Of a stretch of 64,000 nucleotides of DNA, positions 9,941 through 18,690 are shown piece by piece. The notes below the pieces were generated by a model. It worked only from the letters and a program-made list of their open reading frames with translations, had not been told where the DNA came from and made no database searches. Origin of the DNA: a virus (taxonomy: Duplodnaviria > Caudoviricetes); IMG/VR virus record IMGVR_UViG_3300036783_000080, positions 32,001 to 96,000 of that record; one strand, given 5' to 3'. Within the stretch, counting starts at the first letter, position 1. The number at the start of each line of letters is the position of its first letter. The position numbers and the translations under genes are program-made.

Positions 9941-9973
9941 ATAATAAAAGGAGCGACTCATAAAAGTCACTCC
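9941..9973 (-). promoter_or_regulatory. Hairpin/promoter hybrid element
   Basis: GGAGTGAC-TTTTATGA-GTCGCTCC-TTTTATTAT; 26 bp identical to copies at 31239 and 56216. Confidence 0.65.
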
Positions 9974-10731
9974 TGAAGTTCACCTTGTCTATACAGTTTG
10001 TAATACTCTTTAGCCTTCTTTGTGAGTCTGGATATATGAGATTGACCAAATCCAACATAGTCCTCAATTTCTTGCTGCGTTTTACCCTGCGCACGTAGTT
10101 GTATAATAGGAATACATTTCTCATCATGTTTTTTAAGGATTCTCAGAAATCGTTGGAAATCGTCTGCGAACTCTAAGTCTTCATATTTCTGTTCATTGAA
10201 TCCAAATCCTTCATTAAGGTCGCACTCAACATCCCCGTCATTATTATATGAGAAGTCCATACTGAGCATGTTTTTAACTGTTTTATCGTATTCAAGAGCT
10301 TCCCTGACGTGGTTTTCCTTCTCTCCTAATTTAGAACATATTTCTTCAACAGGAGCATCAAGCAGAGCATTGGATGCTAATTTCACCCCAAGCTCTCTCA
10401 CTCTCCTTGGAACGTATATTCCATTATGTTGTGTTGCATTCAGATATGCCATCATATATCCGTTCATCATTCTATAAGCGTAACTTGAAAACTGAGCTTT
10501 TCTTCCATCTTTTTCGTGGTTAGGATTATATTTGTTATATGATTTTAAGAATGCTATTTGAGATTCTTGATATAGGTCGTCAAAAGTTAGTCCCAAAAAT
10601 TTGGCTGACTTTCTAAAACGATATGCGATTGAGTGTACCAATCTTTTGTGCTTTTTCAACACAACCTCAAAGTCCTCAAGATATTCATTATGTGGCTCAA
10701 GTGTCTTTCTTTCTTCCGCCGCTGCTCCCAT
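9967..10731 (-). CDS. Sigma-70 family RNA polymerase sigma factor, SigB/SigF/SigG-like
   Basis: Region 2 LVHSIAYRF..DDLYQESQIAFLKSYNKYNP..FSSYAY, IYVPRR, region 4 GKTQQEIEDYVGFGQSHISRL. Confidence 0.88.
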   Translation of the reverse strand: MGAAAEERKTLEPHNEYLEDFEVVLKKHKRLVHSIAYRFRKSAKFLGLTFDDLYQESQIAFLKSYNKYNPNHEKDGRKAQFSSYAYRMMNGYMMAYLNATQHNGIYVPRRVRELGVKLASNALLDAPVEEICSKLGEKENHVREALEYDKTVKNMLSMDFSYNNDGDVECDLNEGFGFNEQKYEDLEFADDFQRFLRILKKHDEKCIPIIQLRAQGKTQQEIEDYVGFGQSHISRLTKKAKEYYKLYRQGELQE

Positions 10732-10759
10732 TTCAACCTCTCCTTATCCAGTCTTTAAC

Positions 10760-10791
10760 TAAATAAAAGAAGGAGTGCAAAAGTTCACTCC
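10760..10791 (-). promoter_or_regulatory. Hairpin/promoter hybrid upstream of sigma factor
   Basis: GGGAGT-19-TTTATTT with internal CTTTTGC. Confidence 0.6.
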
Positions 10792-10797
10792 CATAAA

Positions 10798-12441
10798 TCA
10801 TATGAAATCCCAAGTAAATTCTGATTCTGATTGGAATGGATTTTTGAGCTTCTCTTTACCAATTAAGCAATAAACAAGCGCAGAAGATAAATGGTCATCC
10901 CCAACCCTTGTCGCAATTTGATAAAATTCTTGTGTTTCTTCGTTTTCTTCATCCATGACTCGCACATTCTTGACGTGCTTCGTGAACATTGAAAGCTTTT
11001 CTTCCATTCTCCAATATCCAATTTGTCTTCCTTTGATAGCGTGAAGCATACGTTGAACCGCTAATGTTTTATCAACTGTAACCACTCTTGTTGAGTCATT
11101 CCATCTGTTAATAGGCTGCGAAGCTCCTTTGAATGTTTGATACTTACAAGCCCAAACTCGTCCCTTGAATAACTGCATTAAGTAAGCATTTCTGTCAGCC
11201 CCGTACCCAAAGTCACAGACAATTAAATCTGGGTCATAAGGCGTTATAGTAGCCGCTAACATTTTTACAGGCTCTAATGGAACAGTAGGATTGTCTTTGA
11301 ACCAGAATACGTTTAGAAGGTCTGTTTGACCATCCTCTTTAATTCCGATAACGCAGCACCAGTTCGTTAGTCCCCAGTCAATTCCAACTACAATTCTAGC
11401 ATATCCCAGGCGAGCATTGATAGGGTTATCAAAGCGTTGAGCTGCTAAGATATCATCATCATTAATGATTAACCCTGTAGCTGCATAAGGCTCTCCAATA
11501 ACGTAGTTGTAATATAACTGTTTCGATTGATATTTGAACTGTCGTCTCATTATGTCATCGGCACTAATCCAAACAGCATTCAACTGAGATATGTGATATC
11601 CTCTCATATGCTTGCGGTCTGGGTGTTTAGCAACCCAATGGCCATTATACCATCTGTCAAGGGCAGCACCACACTTAGCACATGCAAACTCAAACGTACC
11701 ATCTTCAACTTCCTCTGTAACGTAGTTAATACCATTTGGCTTTAACTGTCTGATGTTATCTTCTACAGATAGAGTCTGATAATGATTACATTTCTCACAC
11801 TTATGCATATAAAAATTTTGGTCAGTCTTCGCAAACTGCTTATTTACACCACGTCCAGGGATTGTAGGCGTTGACCATCTTCTCAAACGTCCATAAGCTG
11901 AAGACTTCATACCTTCTTGGAAGGCTAGTTCAACGTTGTCCTGCATACGGTCATATTCATCGAACGCAAGAAAGTCAATATCCGCACCCTCACCCAGTGC
12001 TCCGCCCCAAGCAGAACGGAAAAGCAAGAATGATTCCCTTATCTTTTTAACCTCTAATGAGTCCATACCTTTATCACGAATTGAGTTGAAGTACGGGTTA
12101 CTGTCAAGTACGGGATTGAAACGGGTTTTAACAAAGTCAGTCAGCTGTCTGTTACGTGGAAACGTGTACATGAGCTTAACATGGTTCTTTGTATCAGCAA
12201 AGTGCAAGGCTTCTGCTACGCCCATTTCTGAAAGTCCTAACTGACGTGATTTCTGTACAATCTTATCTTCGTGTATATCGTTGATGATTTTCTCCTGCCA
12301 CGGTCTATGAGCACGTGCTCTTGCTTCGTTTCTATCGGCTATATGAAATGTAAGCGGCTTCCCACGGATTGTATAGTATTCAAGTAAGTAAAGGGAAGGC
12401 GTTTCACGAATCAACTGTTTTATGAGTTGTGATGGTTTCAT
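10798..12441 (-). CDS. terL: Phage terminase large subunit (GpA-like, SPO1/Twort type)
   Basis: HRPWQ, KSRQLGLSE Walker A, FDEYDRM Walker B, STPTIPG, CEKC/CAKC, VGIDWG nuclease, DDHL; start at 12441 with AAGGAGG RBS. Confidence 0.93.
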   Translation of the reverse strand: MKPSQLIKQLIRETPSLYLLEYYTIRGKPLTFHIADRNEARARAHRPWQEKIINDIHEDKIVQKSRQLGLSEMGVAEALHFADTKNHVKLMYTFPRNRQLTDFVKTRFNPVLDSNPYFNSIRDKGMDSLEVKKIRESFLLFRSAWGGALGEGADIDFLAFDEYDRMQDNVELAFQEGMKSSAYGRLRRWSTPTIPGRGVNKQFAKTDQNFYMHKCEKCNHYQTLSVEDNIRQLKPNGINYVTEEVEDGTFEFACAKCGAALDRWYNGHWVAKHPDRKHMRGYHISQLNAVWISADDIMRRQFKYQSKQLYYNYVIGEPYAATGLIINDDDILAAQRFDNPINARLGYARIVVGIDWGLTNWCCVIGIKEDGQTDLLNVFWFKDNPTVPLEPVKMLAATITPYDPDLIVCDFGYGADRNAYLMQLFKGRVWACKYQTFKGASQPINRWNDSTRVVTVDKTLAVQRMLHAIKGRQIGYWRMEEKLSMFTKHVKNVRVMDEENEETQEFYQIATRVGDDHLSSALVYCLIGKEKLKNPFQSESEFTWDFI

Positions 12442-12539
12442 ATTTCTCTCCTCCTTGTATATACAATAACAATCCATAATATGTATGAAGTTTTTTATAA
12501 AAGAAAAGACGCACACTATTGTGTACGCCTTTAGAATGG

Positions 12540-12797
12540 TTATTTGATTATAAGACCTAGTTGACTTGCTCTGTTTAAAGCGTCAACATAAGCTCGGTGT
12601 TCAGCTGTAGGCTGATGATAGTTCGCTGCCACTTCGTCAACGTGACGTCCTGTAACTTCGTATGTTTTGACATTGTCTGACATAATTAAGTTACAAGAAG
12701 TAATTTTGTGAGTAAATTGTTTTGGATGTACGTAAGCTACTGGAACTGACGTTACAACAAACGCTTTACTTTTTAAATCAACAGGAATACGTTTCAT
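12540..12797 (-). CDS. Hypothetical protein between terS-like gene and terL
   Basis: GAGAGGTG RBS before ATG 12797. Confidence 0.65.
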   Translation of the reverse strand: MKRIPVDLKSKAFVVTSVPVAYVHPKQFTHKITSCNLIMSDNVKTYEVTGRHVDEVAANYHQPTAEHRAYVDALNRASQLGLIIK

Positions 12798-12847
12798 AGT
12801 TTTCACCTCTCTCAATAGTAACTACAATTAAAATATAGTGTTACACA

Positions 12848-13216
12848 TCATTCTCTTTTGCCGTCTTCATTTCTCTCATTCATAGAAGCAAACAATTGAG
12901 CTTTCAGTGCTTCCATATCACCTTCTGGAATCAACTCAGCATACCTGATTTCCTCTTCAGCTTCTATATCAGATTGGTTCTCAATAATCTCTGTAGGCTT
13001 TTGAAGAAGTAACATCTGAATCTTAGCAAGCTTTTCAAATTCAGTTACGCCAATGTCAACTTGTCCCATTTGAATCTTTCTAGCAAATTGAGCCATACCA
13101 GCATCAACAACATCCTGCATTTGACTGATTCTTGCATCATCTTTATCGTTCGCTTCACGTAGCCGCTTCTTCATTCTACGAATGCTTGTTGTAACGTAAT
13201 TAGTATTACCATACAT
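12848..13216 (-). CDS. Putative terminase small subunit (Herelleviridae-like)
   Basis: Helical, just upstream of terL; RRMKKRLRE..VVD..KIQMGQVDI..FEKL and LFASMNERN resemble the Twort/K-like protein upstream of terL (from memory). Confidence 0.55.
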   Translation of the reverse strand: MYGNTNYVTTSIRRMKKRLREANDKDDARISQMQDVVDAGMAQFARKIQMGQVDIGVTEFEKLAKIQMLLLQKPTEIIENQSDIEAEEEIRYAELIPEGDMEALKAQLFASMNERNEDGKRE

Positions 13217-13231
13217 AATTTATTCTCCTTT

Positions 13232-13417
13232 CTAGTCGTCCCACCCGTCCCATTCATAATCTTCCCATGATTGTGATTTCTTTGCCTTTTCCAACTCACT
13301 GTTTCTTGTGTCCCAAAGGATTAGCCTGAAGGTCAATCTCTTGTAAGTAACTCTGTTGATTTGACGTTTACTGTAACGTTTGTGTAGTATTTCAAGATAG
13401 TGGTGGAAGTTGTACAT
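13232..13417 (-). CDS. Hypothetical protein
   Basis: Operon continuity. Confidence 0.6.
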   Translation of the reverse strand: MYNFHHYLEILHKRYSKRQINRVTYKRLTFRLILWDTRNSELEKAKKSQSWEDYEWDGWDD

Positions 13418-13420
13418 AGG

Positions 13421-13567
13421 TCAACGCTCTTTTCTCATCTTGCGTACTCTTTGAATCGGCTTTTCTTCATCAATATGATATTTAGAGTTACAAGAGAAGC
13501 AAACATCAGAGTCTCCCTGTTTTAAAGGAGCTTTACAGATTACACATTTATCTTTTACATCACACAT
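13421..13567 (-). CDS. Small zinc-finger protein
   Basis: CVIC...CFSC; coupled to upstream stop. Confidence 0.6.
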   Translation of the reverse strand: MCDVKDKCVICKAPLKQGDSDVCFSCNSKYHIDEEKPIQRVRKMRKER

Positions 13568-13865
13568 TCCCCTCACCGCCTTGTTGTTGATATTTCTCGT
13601 GCATCTTTTTACACTCATCGCATAAGTGAACTTTACGATTCTTGATATAGTTCCCTTTCTCTGTAACGATGACTGGTGACTGAATTATGTTTGCGTGACG
13701 TTCTCCTGTAATCCAGTGAGTTGAGTGACAATAGTGACATTTCCAAAATCCTAATAGCCACATAATACCTTTTCCAGTTCTTTCTACAAGGAAAATAAGC
13801 AACCAAATTGGGAATAAGATTGGTGGGAATCTTTTGATGTCTTTAAATTTTTCTAAATAATTCAT
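13560..13865 (-). CDS. Membrane-anchored zinc-finger protein
   Basis: TM segment plus CHYC/CDEC. Confidence 0.6.
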   Translation of the reverse strand: MNYLEKFKDIKRFPPILFPIWLLIFLVERTGKGIMWLLGFWKCHYCHSTHWITGERHANIIQSPVIVTEKGNYIKNRKVHLCDECKKMHEKYQQQGGEGNV

Positions 13866-14085
13866 GTCTTTTAATCTTCCTTTCTTCGCAATATGCTCCG
13901 TTCCAACACTTTCGTACCTGAACACCGTTGTTAAATGTAATTAATCTATGCTGTTTATATGATAAAGTTCCCTTTTTCAAATCAAGCTTTGTTACTTCTG
14001 AACCGCAGTTATGACAGAACTGATGGCAGTCTGTAACACGTTTTCTCACTTTCTGGGAACGAACAATGTAAATATCTTCCTCCAT
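13843..14085 (-). CDS. Small Cys-rich protein
   Basis: CHNC...CW...C; GAGGTG RBS. Confidence 0.65.
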   Translation of the reverse strand: MEEDIYIVRSQKVRKRVTDCHQFCHNCGSEVTKLDLKKGTLSYKQHRLITFNNGVQVRKCWNGAYCEERKIKRHELFRKI

Positions 14086-14171
14086 TGGCTTTCACCTCTT
14101 ATTATGTAATTTCTAGTTTATATGTAAATCCTTATAAAAGAAAAGAGTGACCTTTGGCCACTCCTTAAATG

Positions 14172-14312
14172 TTATAGACGTATCTCTTCATAAGTTGTAT
14201 AGACAGGTACTTGATTAACTGGACAAATAAAGCCATCTGCAAGCGATTGCACATCAATATGGTTATTTCCGCAGGAAGAACAATCAAACACGATATAATC
14301 AAATCTCGACAT
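14172..14312 (-). CDS. 46-aa Cys-containing microprotein missing from ORF track (MSRFDYIVFDCSSCGNNH...)
   Basis: AAAGGAG RBS, CxxC..CP, terminator-like hairpin follows. Confidence 0.6.
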   Translation of the reverse strand: MSRFDYIVFDCSSCGNNHIDVQSLADGFICPVNQVPVYTTYEEIRL

Positions 14313-14329
14313 TATTATGAACACTCCTT

Positions 14330-14542
14330 TTAGTTATATGGGATTCCTCTTTCAAATAAGTTTCCTTCAACGTTAAATACTAGCCAAACTGCTTCTGACT
14401 CGTGATGGACGTATATTCTTGTGATAAGTCCTCCGCCCATTGTTTCTCCTTCTTTGAAGCCTTTCCAGTCGTCTATCTTATCAAGCGTTTCATCATCGTC
14501 CCAAGATTGGACTTGTTCAGGTGTTACTTTTTCAAATTCCAT
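14330..14542 (-). CDS. Hypothetical protein
   Basis: GAAAGGGG RBS before ATG 14542. Confidence 0.65.
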   Translation of the reverse strand: MEFEKVTPEQVQSWDDDETLDKIDDWKGFKEGETMGGGLITRIYVHHESEAVWLVFNVEGNLFERGIPYN

Positions 14543-14567
14543 TTTAAATCCCCTTTCAGTTTTATAC

Positions 14568-14600
14568 ATAATAAAAGGAGCATCCTGTAAAGGATACTCC
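14568..14600 (-). promoter_or_regulatory. Hairpin/promoter hybrid element
   Basis: GGAGTATCC-TTTACA-GGATGCTCC-TTTTATTATGT; near-identical to 16560. Confidence 0.65.
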
Positions 14601-14606
14601 TGAGAA

Positions 14607-14897
14607 TCACTTGTTTTTATTCTTTTGGTACCACCGTGCTATAAATAATATGGATACAAGGTAAACGTATGCCATAAAATCGCTTGACATAACAACCAAC
14701 TTTTGTAGTGATAGTGTGGTCATCGCATAGGAATAAGTCGCATAATCAACGTTCACTCCATCCCATTTATTTACTTCCATGTTGTATCCCGTCACCTTAA
14801 AGAATACTAATGCCAAGAAGAATAAACTAAGTAGGGTGATAGATAGCATGAATTTCTTGTCATCTATCACAACCTTTCTAAATAATTTCATTTTCAC
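14607..14897 (-). CDS. Small membrane protein
   Basis: Two hydrophobic segments; AAGGAG RBS. Confidence 0.65.
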   Translation of the reverse strand: MKMKLFRKVVIDDKKFMLSITLLSLFFLALVFFKVTGYNMEVNKWDGVNVDYATYSYAMTTLSLQKLVVMSSDFMAYVYLVSILFIARWYQKNKNK

Positions 14898-14955
14898 CAG
14901 CTCCTTTTCTTTAATACTATAATATGGTGAATGCTAGTTTTTAGTACCAAAAGTT

Positions 14956-15864
14956 TTACCAGTCACTAGATGAACTTGAGCTTGAATCGTATGAACTGCT
15001 ACTATCATATGAAGAACTTGATGAATAAGATGAGCCTGAATCAGATGAACCGTATGAACGTGAGCTTGAATCATCTGAACTAGTATAAGACGGGCTGCTG
15101 TCAATTACTGAATGGCTTGAGTTCCCTGAAGTTTCAGCTAAATGACGCATAGCATCTAAGCTATCTTCAGATTGATTGTTTTGAATTTCTTTTTCTTCTG
15201 TAACTCCTGTAATATCTTCCATTAGGTTTTGAGTCATAAACGCTCCTGCAACCCAATCTGAACTGTCATTACGTTCATTGTGGTTGTGAGTATTCCAGAT
15301 TGTAGAACTCCCTCTTGGGTAACTTGAAGAACGAAGATTAACGCTGCCACTATGCATTAACAATGGACTATTTTCCTTCGTCATATTCAGATTACTTCCT
15401 TGAATTGCTGCGTTAGCAGCCTGACGTGATTCTCTCTTTGTCAAATCAACTTCTGGAACAACAGTAATTTCTTTTGCTTCTTTTTGTTTCATATATTCTT
15501 CATGCCCGACTTTTTGAATGAACTGTTCATTATGATACTGTAACAGATAATGTTTGTCGTGTTGTTGTAAGATAAGTTCTGCTTTGTATTCATCGTGACC
15601 AACATATACAATATCATCTTTACCTTCCTGTTCAAGTCCGACAATATATGTGTAAGTAGGTGTCTCATTCCTTGTGTTTAACTCACGGATAGTTCTTTCA
15701 AGTTTGAAGATTTCAGCATCTCTTCGTTCAAGAATCTGTTGAGCTTCATCCAATTCAAAAGCGTTCTGCTTGGCTTGGAAATCTGTTGTTTCAAACTTGT
15801 CCTCTAAACGGTTAATTTCATCAATGAACTTCTGACGTCCGAAAATTTTGTTAAAGATACTCAT
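14956..15864 (-). CDS. Coiled-coil protein with Ser/Asp/Tyr low-complexity C-terminal tail
   Basis: SSDSGSSYSSSSSYDSSSSYDSSSSSSSDW. Confidence 0.8.
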   Translation of the reverse strand: MSIFNKIFGRQKFIDEINRLEDKFETTDFQAKQNAFELDEAQQILERRDAEIFKLERTIRELNTRNETPTYTYIVGLEQEGKDDIVYVGHDEYKAELILQQHDKHYLLQYHNEQFIQKVGHEEYMKQKEAKEITVVPEVDLTKRESRQAANAAIQGSNLNMTKENSPLLMHSGSVNLRSSSYPRGSSTIWNTHNHNERNDSSDWVAGAFMTQNLMEDITGVTEEKEIQNNQSEDSLDAMRHLAETSGNSSHSVIDSSPSYTSSDDSSSRSYGSSDSGSSYSSSSSYDSSSSYDSSSSSSSDW

Positions 15865-16532
15865 TATTGTACATCCTCCTTGGATAATTTAATATCGTTA
15901 AATAAGTTTACATCAGATTGAATTTGTAACGCCGCTGGAAGGTTTCCGCTGCTTCCTCCCAATCGTAACTTCGTTTCAAGAGGTTTTAGGTCAAATCCAA
16001 TTTGTACTAGGTCTTTCCAAGCGTTACTTCCACGTGGAGCGACACGAACGATTCTTGTCAGCTCTCCATGTAGCTTGTTGATAGCTTTTATATCACCATC
16101 AAATCCTTTACAGATGTCATTATACTCTTGATATAAGTCTTTGATAGATTGCGGATAATGTTTCTCAATCGTTTTCATCATCGTTTTAGGCATTCCATAA
16201 GTTCTTTCAACGTGTTGTGTGATAGCAACCTCAGCTTTTGAGTTTTTACGTTTGTATGCAAATTGACTCACGTTACTATATTCGCGTAGTTTACTCAACA
16301 TATGGTCAAAGACAAACTCTTCATCTTTCAATTTATCTTGTCCAGCAAAGAATCTCTGAGCATTTTCATCATACGCTTTCGCTTTCGGAACTAACAACGC
16401 TCTTGCTTTCTCAACCAAAGGTTTCAAAAGCTCCTCATATTTCTTTGTCACCTCAGTTTTCTTAATAGAGGATAACTGGTCAATATGGTCGTACAAATCT
16501 TGCTTCTTAATATCTCTTGGAATACTAATCAT
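15864..16532 (-). CDS. Hypothetical helical protein
   Basis: AAAGGAG RBS; TAATG coupling. Confidence 0.75.
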   Translation of the reverse strand: MISIPRDIKKQDLYDHIDQLSSIKKTEVTKKYEELLKPLVEKARALLVPKAKAYDENAQRFFAGQDKLKDEEFVFDHMLSKLREYSNVSQFAYKRKNSKAEVAITQHVERTYGMPKTMMKTIEKHYPQSIKDLYQEYNDICKGFDGDIKAINKLHGELTRIVRVAPRGSNAWKDLVQIGFDLKPLETKLRLGGSSGNLPAALQIQSDVNLFNDIKLSKEDVQ

Positions 16533-16559
16533 AATAACTCTCTCCTTTCGATTTTCTAC

Positions 16560-16592
16560 ATAATAAAAGGAGCATCCTGTAAAAGATGCTCC
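16560..16592 (-). promoter_or_regulatory. Hairpin/promoter hybrid element
   Basis: GGAGCATC-TTTTACAG-GATGCTCC-TTTTATTATGT. Confidence 0.65.
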
Positions 16593-16598
16593 TCTGAC

Positions 16599-17060
16599 TC
16601 ACTTATTTGATTCAAAGTTGTCAAACAAATGTTCGCACATAATAAGAGTGTAAGCCATTACAACACGAGCAAGCTCACCTCTATCCTTCTGTAACAACTC
16701 CTGCTCCATAGTTAACGAGATTGGAACGCCTTTAAAGTCAGTCAAGAACATGAGTTCTTCTTTCTTCAAGTCATTCTCATATTTCTTCAAGTCAACCTTC
16801 TTTGTAATGCCCATCTTTTCTACTGTGTTTTCACCTTCAGAAATGAACTTCTCAACTGATGTCCATTGGTGTGCTGGTCGGCAATCAAATCGGATATACT
16901 CCTGAAGAATCTCTTTCTTTTTCTTTGTTGTGATGATAGCTTCAGGTGGAATTTGTACGCTAGTGAATGTACTGTTCTTTTGACGGTTAAACCCAAAGAA
17001 TGATTTAAATTCTCTCATATTAAGAAGTTGCTCTTGTGAAACCCAAATATTAATTGTCAT
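16599..17060 (-). CDS. Hypothetical protein
   Basis: Likely start MTINIW at 17060. Confidence 0.65.
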   Translation of the reverse strand: MTINIWVSQEQLLNMREFKSFFGFNRQKNSTFTSVQIPPEAIITTKKKKEILQEYIRFDCRPAHQWTSVEKFISEGENTVEKMGITKKVDLKKYENDLKKEELMFLTDFKGVPISLTMEQELLQKDRGELARVVMAYTLIMCEHLFDNFESNK

Positions 17061-17307
17061 TATTGTCACCCTTTCCATGTAAGGCTTTCGCATAAGTAAG
17101 TACGCCTTCAAGCTCCTCCAAAGGAGATTTGAGCTGTTGTAACTCTTTTAGAGCTTTATCAACATTCTCAGTGTCAAGACCTTTCCACAGGAAGTTGTTC
17201 ACATCCTTGACAGTTTCTCCCCACTCTTCTGTAATAACGCTCATAAGCTCCAAGAGTCTTATGTAAGGCTCTTGCTTTCTCGGATTCTGTTGTTTATTCG
17301 TTGCCAA
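17050..17307 (-). CDS. Possible MazG-like helical protein
   Basis: VITEEWGE..ALKELQQL resembles the MazG EExGE..EL motif. Confidence 0.4.
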   Translation of the reverse strand: MATNKQQNPRKQEPYIRLLELMSVITEEWGETVKDVNNFLWKGLDTENVDKALKELQQLKSPLEELEGVLTYAKALHGKGDNNDN

Positions 17308-17336
17308 TTATATCCCTCTCTTCAAATCATTTTCAC

Positions 17337-17369
17337 ATAATAAAAGGAGCAACTTGTAAAAGTTACTCC
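17337..17369 (-). promoter_or_regulatory. Hairpin/promoter hybrid element
   Basis: GGAGTAACT-TTTACA-AGTTGCTCC-TTTTATTATGT. Confidence 0.65.
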
Positions 17370-17379
17370 CATAAAACAC

Positions 17380-17661
17380 CTATTCTTCTTCAAGAGCAGC
17401 TAGTGTCTGTTCACCTTCATGAATGTAGAACAAAGCTTTGCCCTGTCTTAAATCACGTTTGTCAAATTCAATTCCAAGAAGTTCCTCAAGCTCCTCCACA
17501 CGTTTGAGTTGCTCTTTGGTTGCCTTCCTATATCGTTGACTAATCTCTTTCTGAAAGAGTCTTCCTGGTTCATGGTTACTTCTCGCAGATTTTCCTTTAA
17601 ATGGTCTTTCCTGATGAACCGTCCCAAATCTTGAATACTGTTCATGATTTAACTTACTCAT
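17380..17661 (-). CDS. Hypothetical protein
   Basis: ATGA overlap with upstream gene. Confidence 0.6.
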   Translation of the reverse strand: MSKLNHEQYSRFGTVHQERPFKGKSARSNHEPGRLFQKEISQRYRKATKEQLKRVEELEELLGIEFDKRDLRQGKALFYIHEGEQTLAALEEE

Positions 17662-17957
17662 CCGATATCCAACCAAACAGGAACAAGTTTACCATTTCTT
17701 GTATTCTCATCAAATTGTTTCGTAGTGAACGGTGACATCTTACCAGTTCTTGAAAAATGAATACCAGCCGCTGCTGGAGTCAAAGCTTTTCCGTTAGATA
17801 CAAACATAGTCATAGTCGCAAATACATATTCCACATAGTTTTTACTTCCTTCAAGATATCCTTGAGAATTATCCTGCTCATAGTCCTTTAACTTTTCATT
17901 AACCTCTTCCACATGTTCTTGCTTCACATACCAAATCATTTCCATATCTCCTCTCAA
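17658..17957 (-). CDS. Hypothetical protein
   Basis: GAGAGGAG RBS; true start probably about 17945. Confidence 0.65.
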   Translation of the reverse strand: MRGDMEMIWYVKQEHVEEVNEKLKDYEQDNSQGYLEGSKNYVEYVFATMTMFVSNGKALTPAAAGIHFSRTGKMSPFTTKQFDENTRNGKLVPVWLDIG

Positions 17958-18007
17958 ACATTTATAACCTAATCATATATGACGCTTCTCCAACCGTCAA
18001 GAAGAAT

Positions 18008-18688
18008 TTATTTGTTTTCAAGTTCAGAAAGTTTCTTGTCAAATCGGTCTACAGCAGGCGTAACCAGTTTAGCAACATCTTCCACTTTAATGACGTTGTC
18101 TGCTTGGTTAAATGGAGCGGTAACACCATCCACTGTAATGTTGAAGTTATCTAACAGTTCACCCATTCCTTGAGTCTTATGAAGTATAATATCACCACTA
18201 GTGTATAACGCCGCTTTGTTCTCTTCATCATAATGACGTCCGATACTTTCCCAAAGTTCATCTCTCAGGATGCGGTCTGCTTCTGCTTTCTCTACATCTA
18301 TAAGCTGCGGAATCATGTTATACATTACAGAAACCTCTTCAGGCTTTGTTTGGCTTAATCGTTTTAAGTGAACAAATACAACATATTCACCTTCTTTTGT
18401 TACTTCTGTAACTTCATAAACCGCTTCTAAGTTTGATGGAATCTTGACGAAAGTTCCAACAACTACATCTTTCTTTGCGTATTCTTCGTATTTAGCGTTC
18501 ACTGGGTCATTCAAGCTACTTAATGGTGTCCAACTTCTTGTAAACTGGTCAAAGAAATAAGCTGCTCCTGTCTGTTCTATTTTCAATAACTCAACAGCAC
18601 CTGCATTATTTGGGTCAGTCTTCAAAAGAAGATTCCCTGTTGTTTTCGCTTGATTTAACCAGTCTAACCAAATTGTATTTTCAGCCAT
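18008..18688 (-). CDS. Hypothetical protein
   Basis: GAGGAGG RBS. Confidence 0.75.
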   Translation of the reverse strand: MAENTIWLDWLNQAKTTGNLLLKTDPNNAGAVELLKIEQTGAAYFFDQFTRSWTPLSSLNDPVNAKYEEYAKKDVVVGTFVKIPSNLEAVYEVTEVTKEGEYVVFVHLKRLSQTKPEEVSVMYNMIPQLIDVEKAEADRILRDELWESIGRHYDEENKAALYTSGDIILHKTQGMGELLDNFNITVDGVTAPFNQADNVIKVEDVAKLVTPAVDRFDKKLSELENK

Positions 18689-18690
18689 AA

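Noticed and set aside
10798-12516. Intron or intein in terL, common in this phage group
   Set aside because: The ORF is continuous, with ATPase, zinc and nuclease motifs at ordinary spacing and no intein termini.
14960-15120. TGAACT/TGAGCTTGAATC-like nucleotide repeats as a DNA element
   Set aside because: Fully explained by Ser/Asp/Tyr codons of the low-complexity protein tail.
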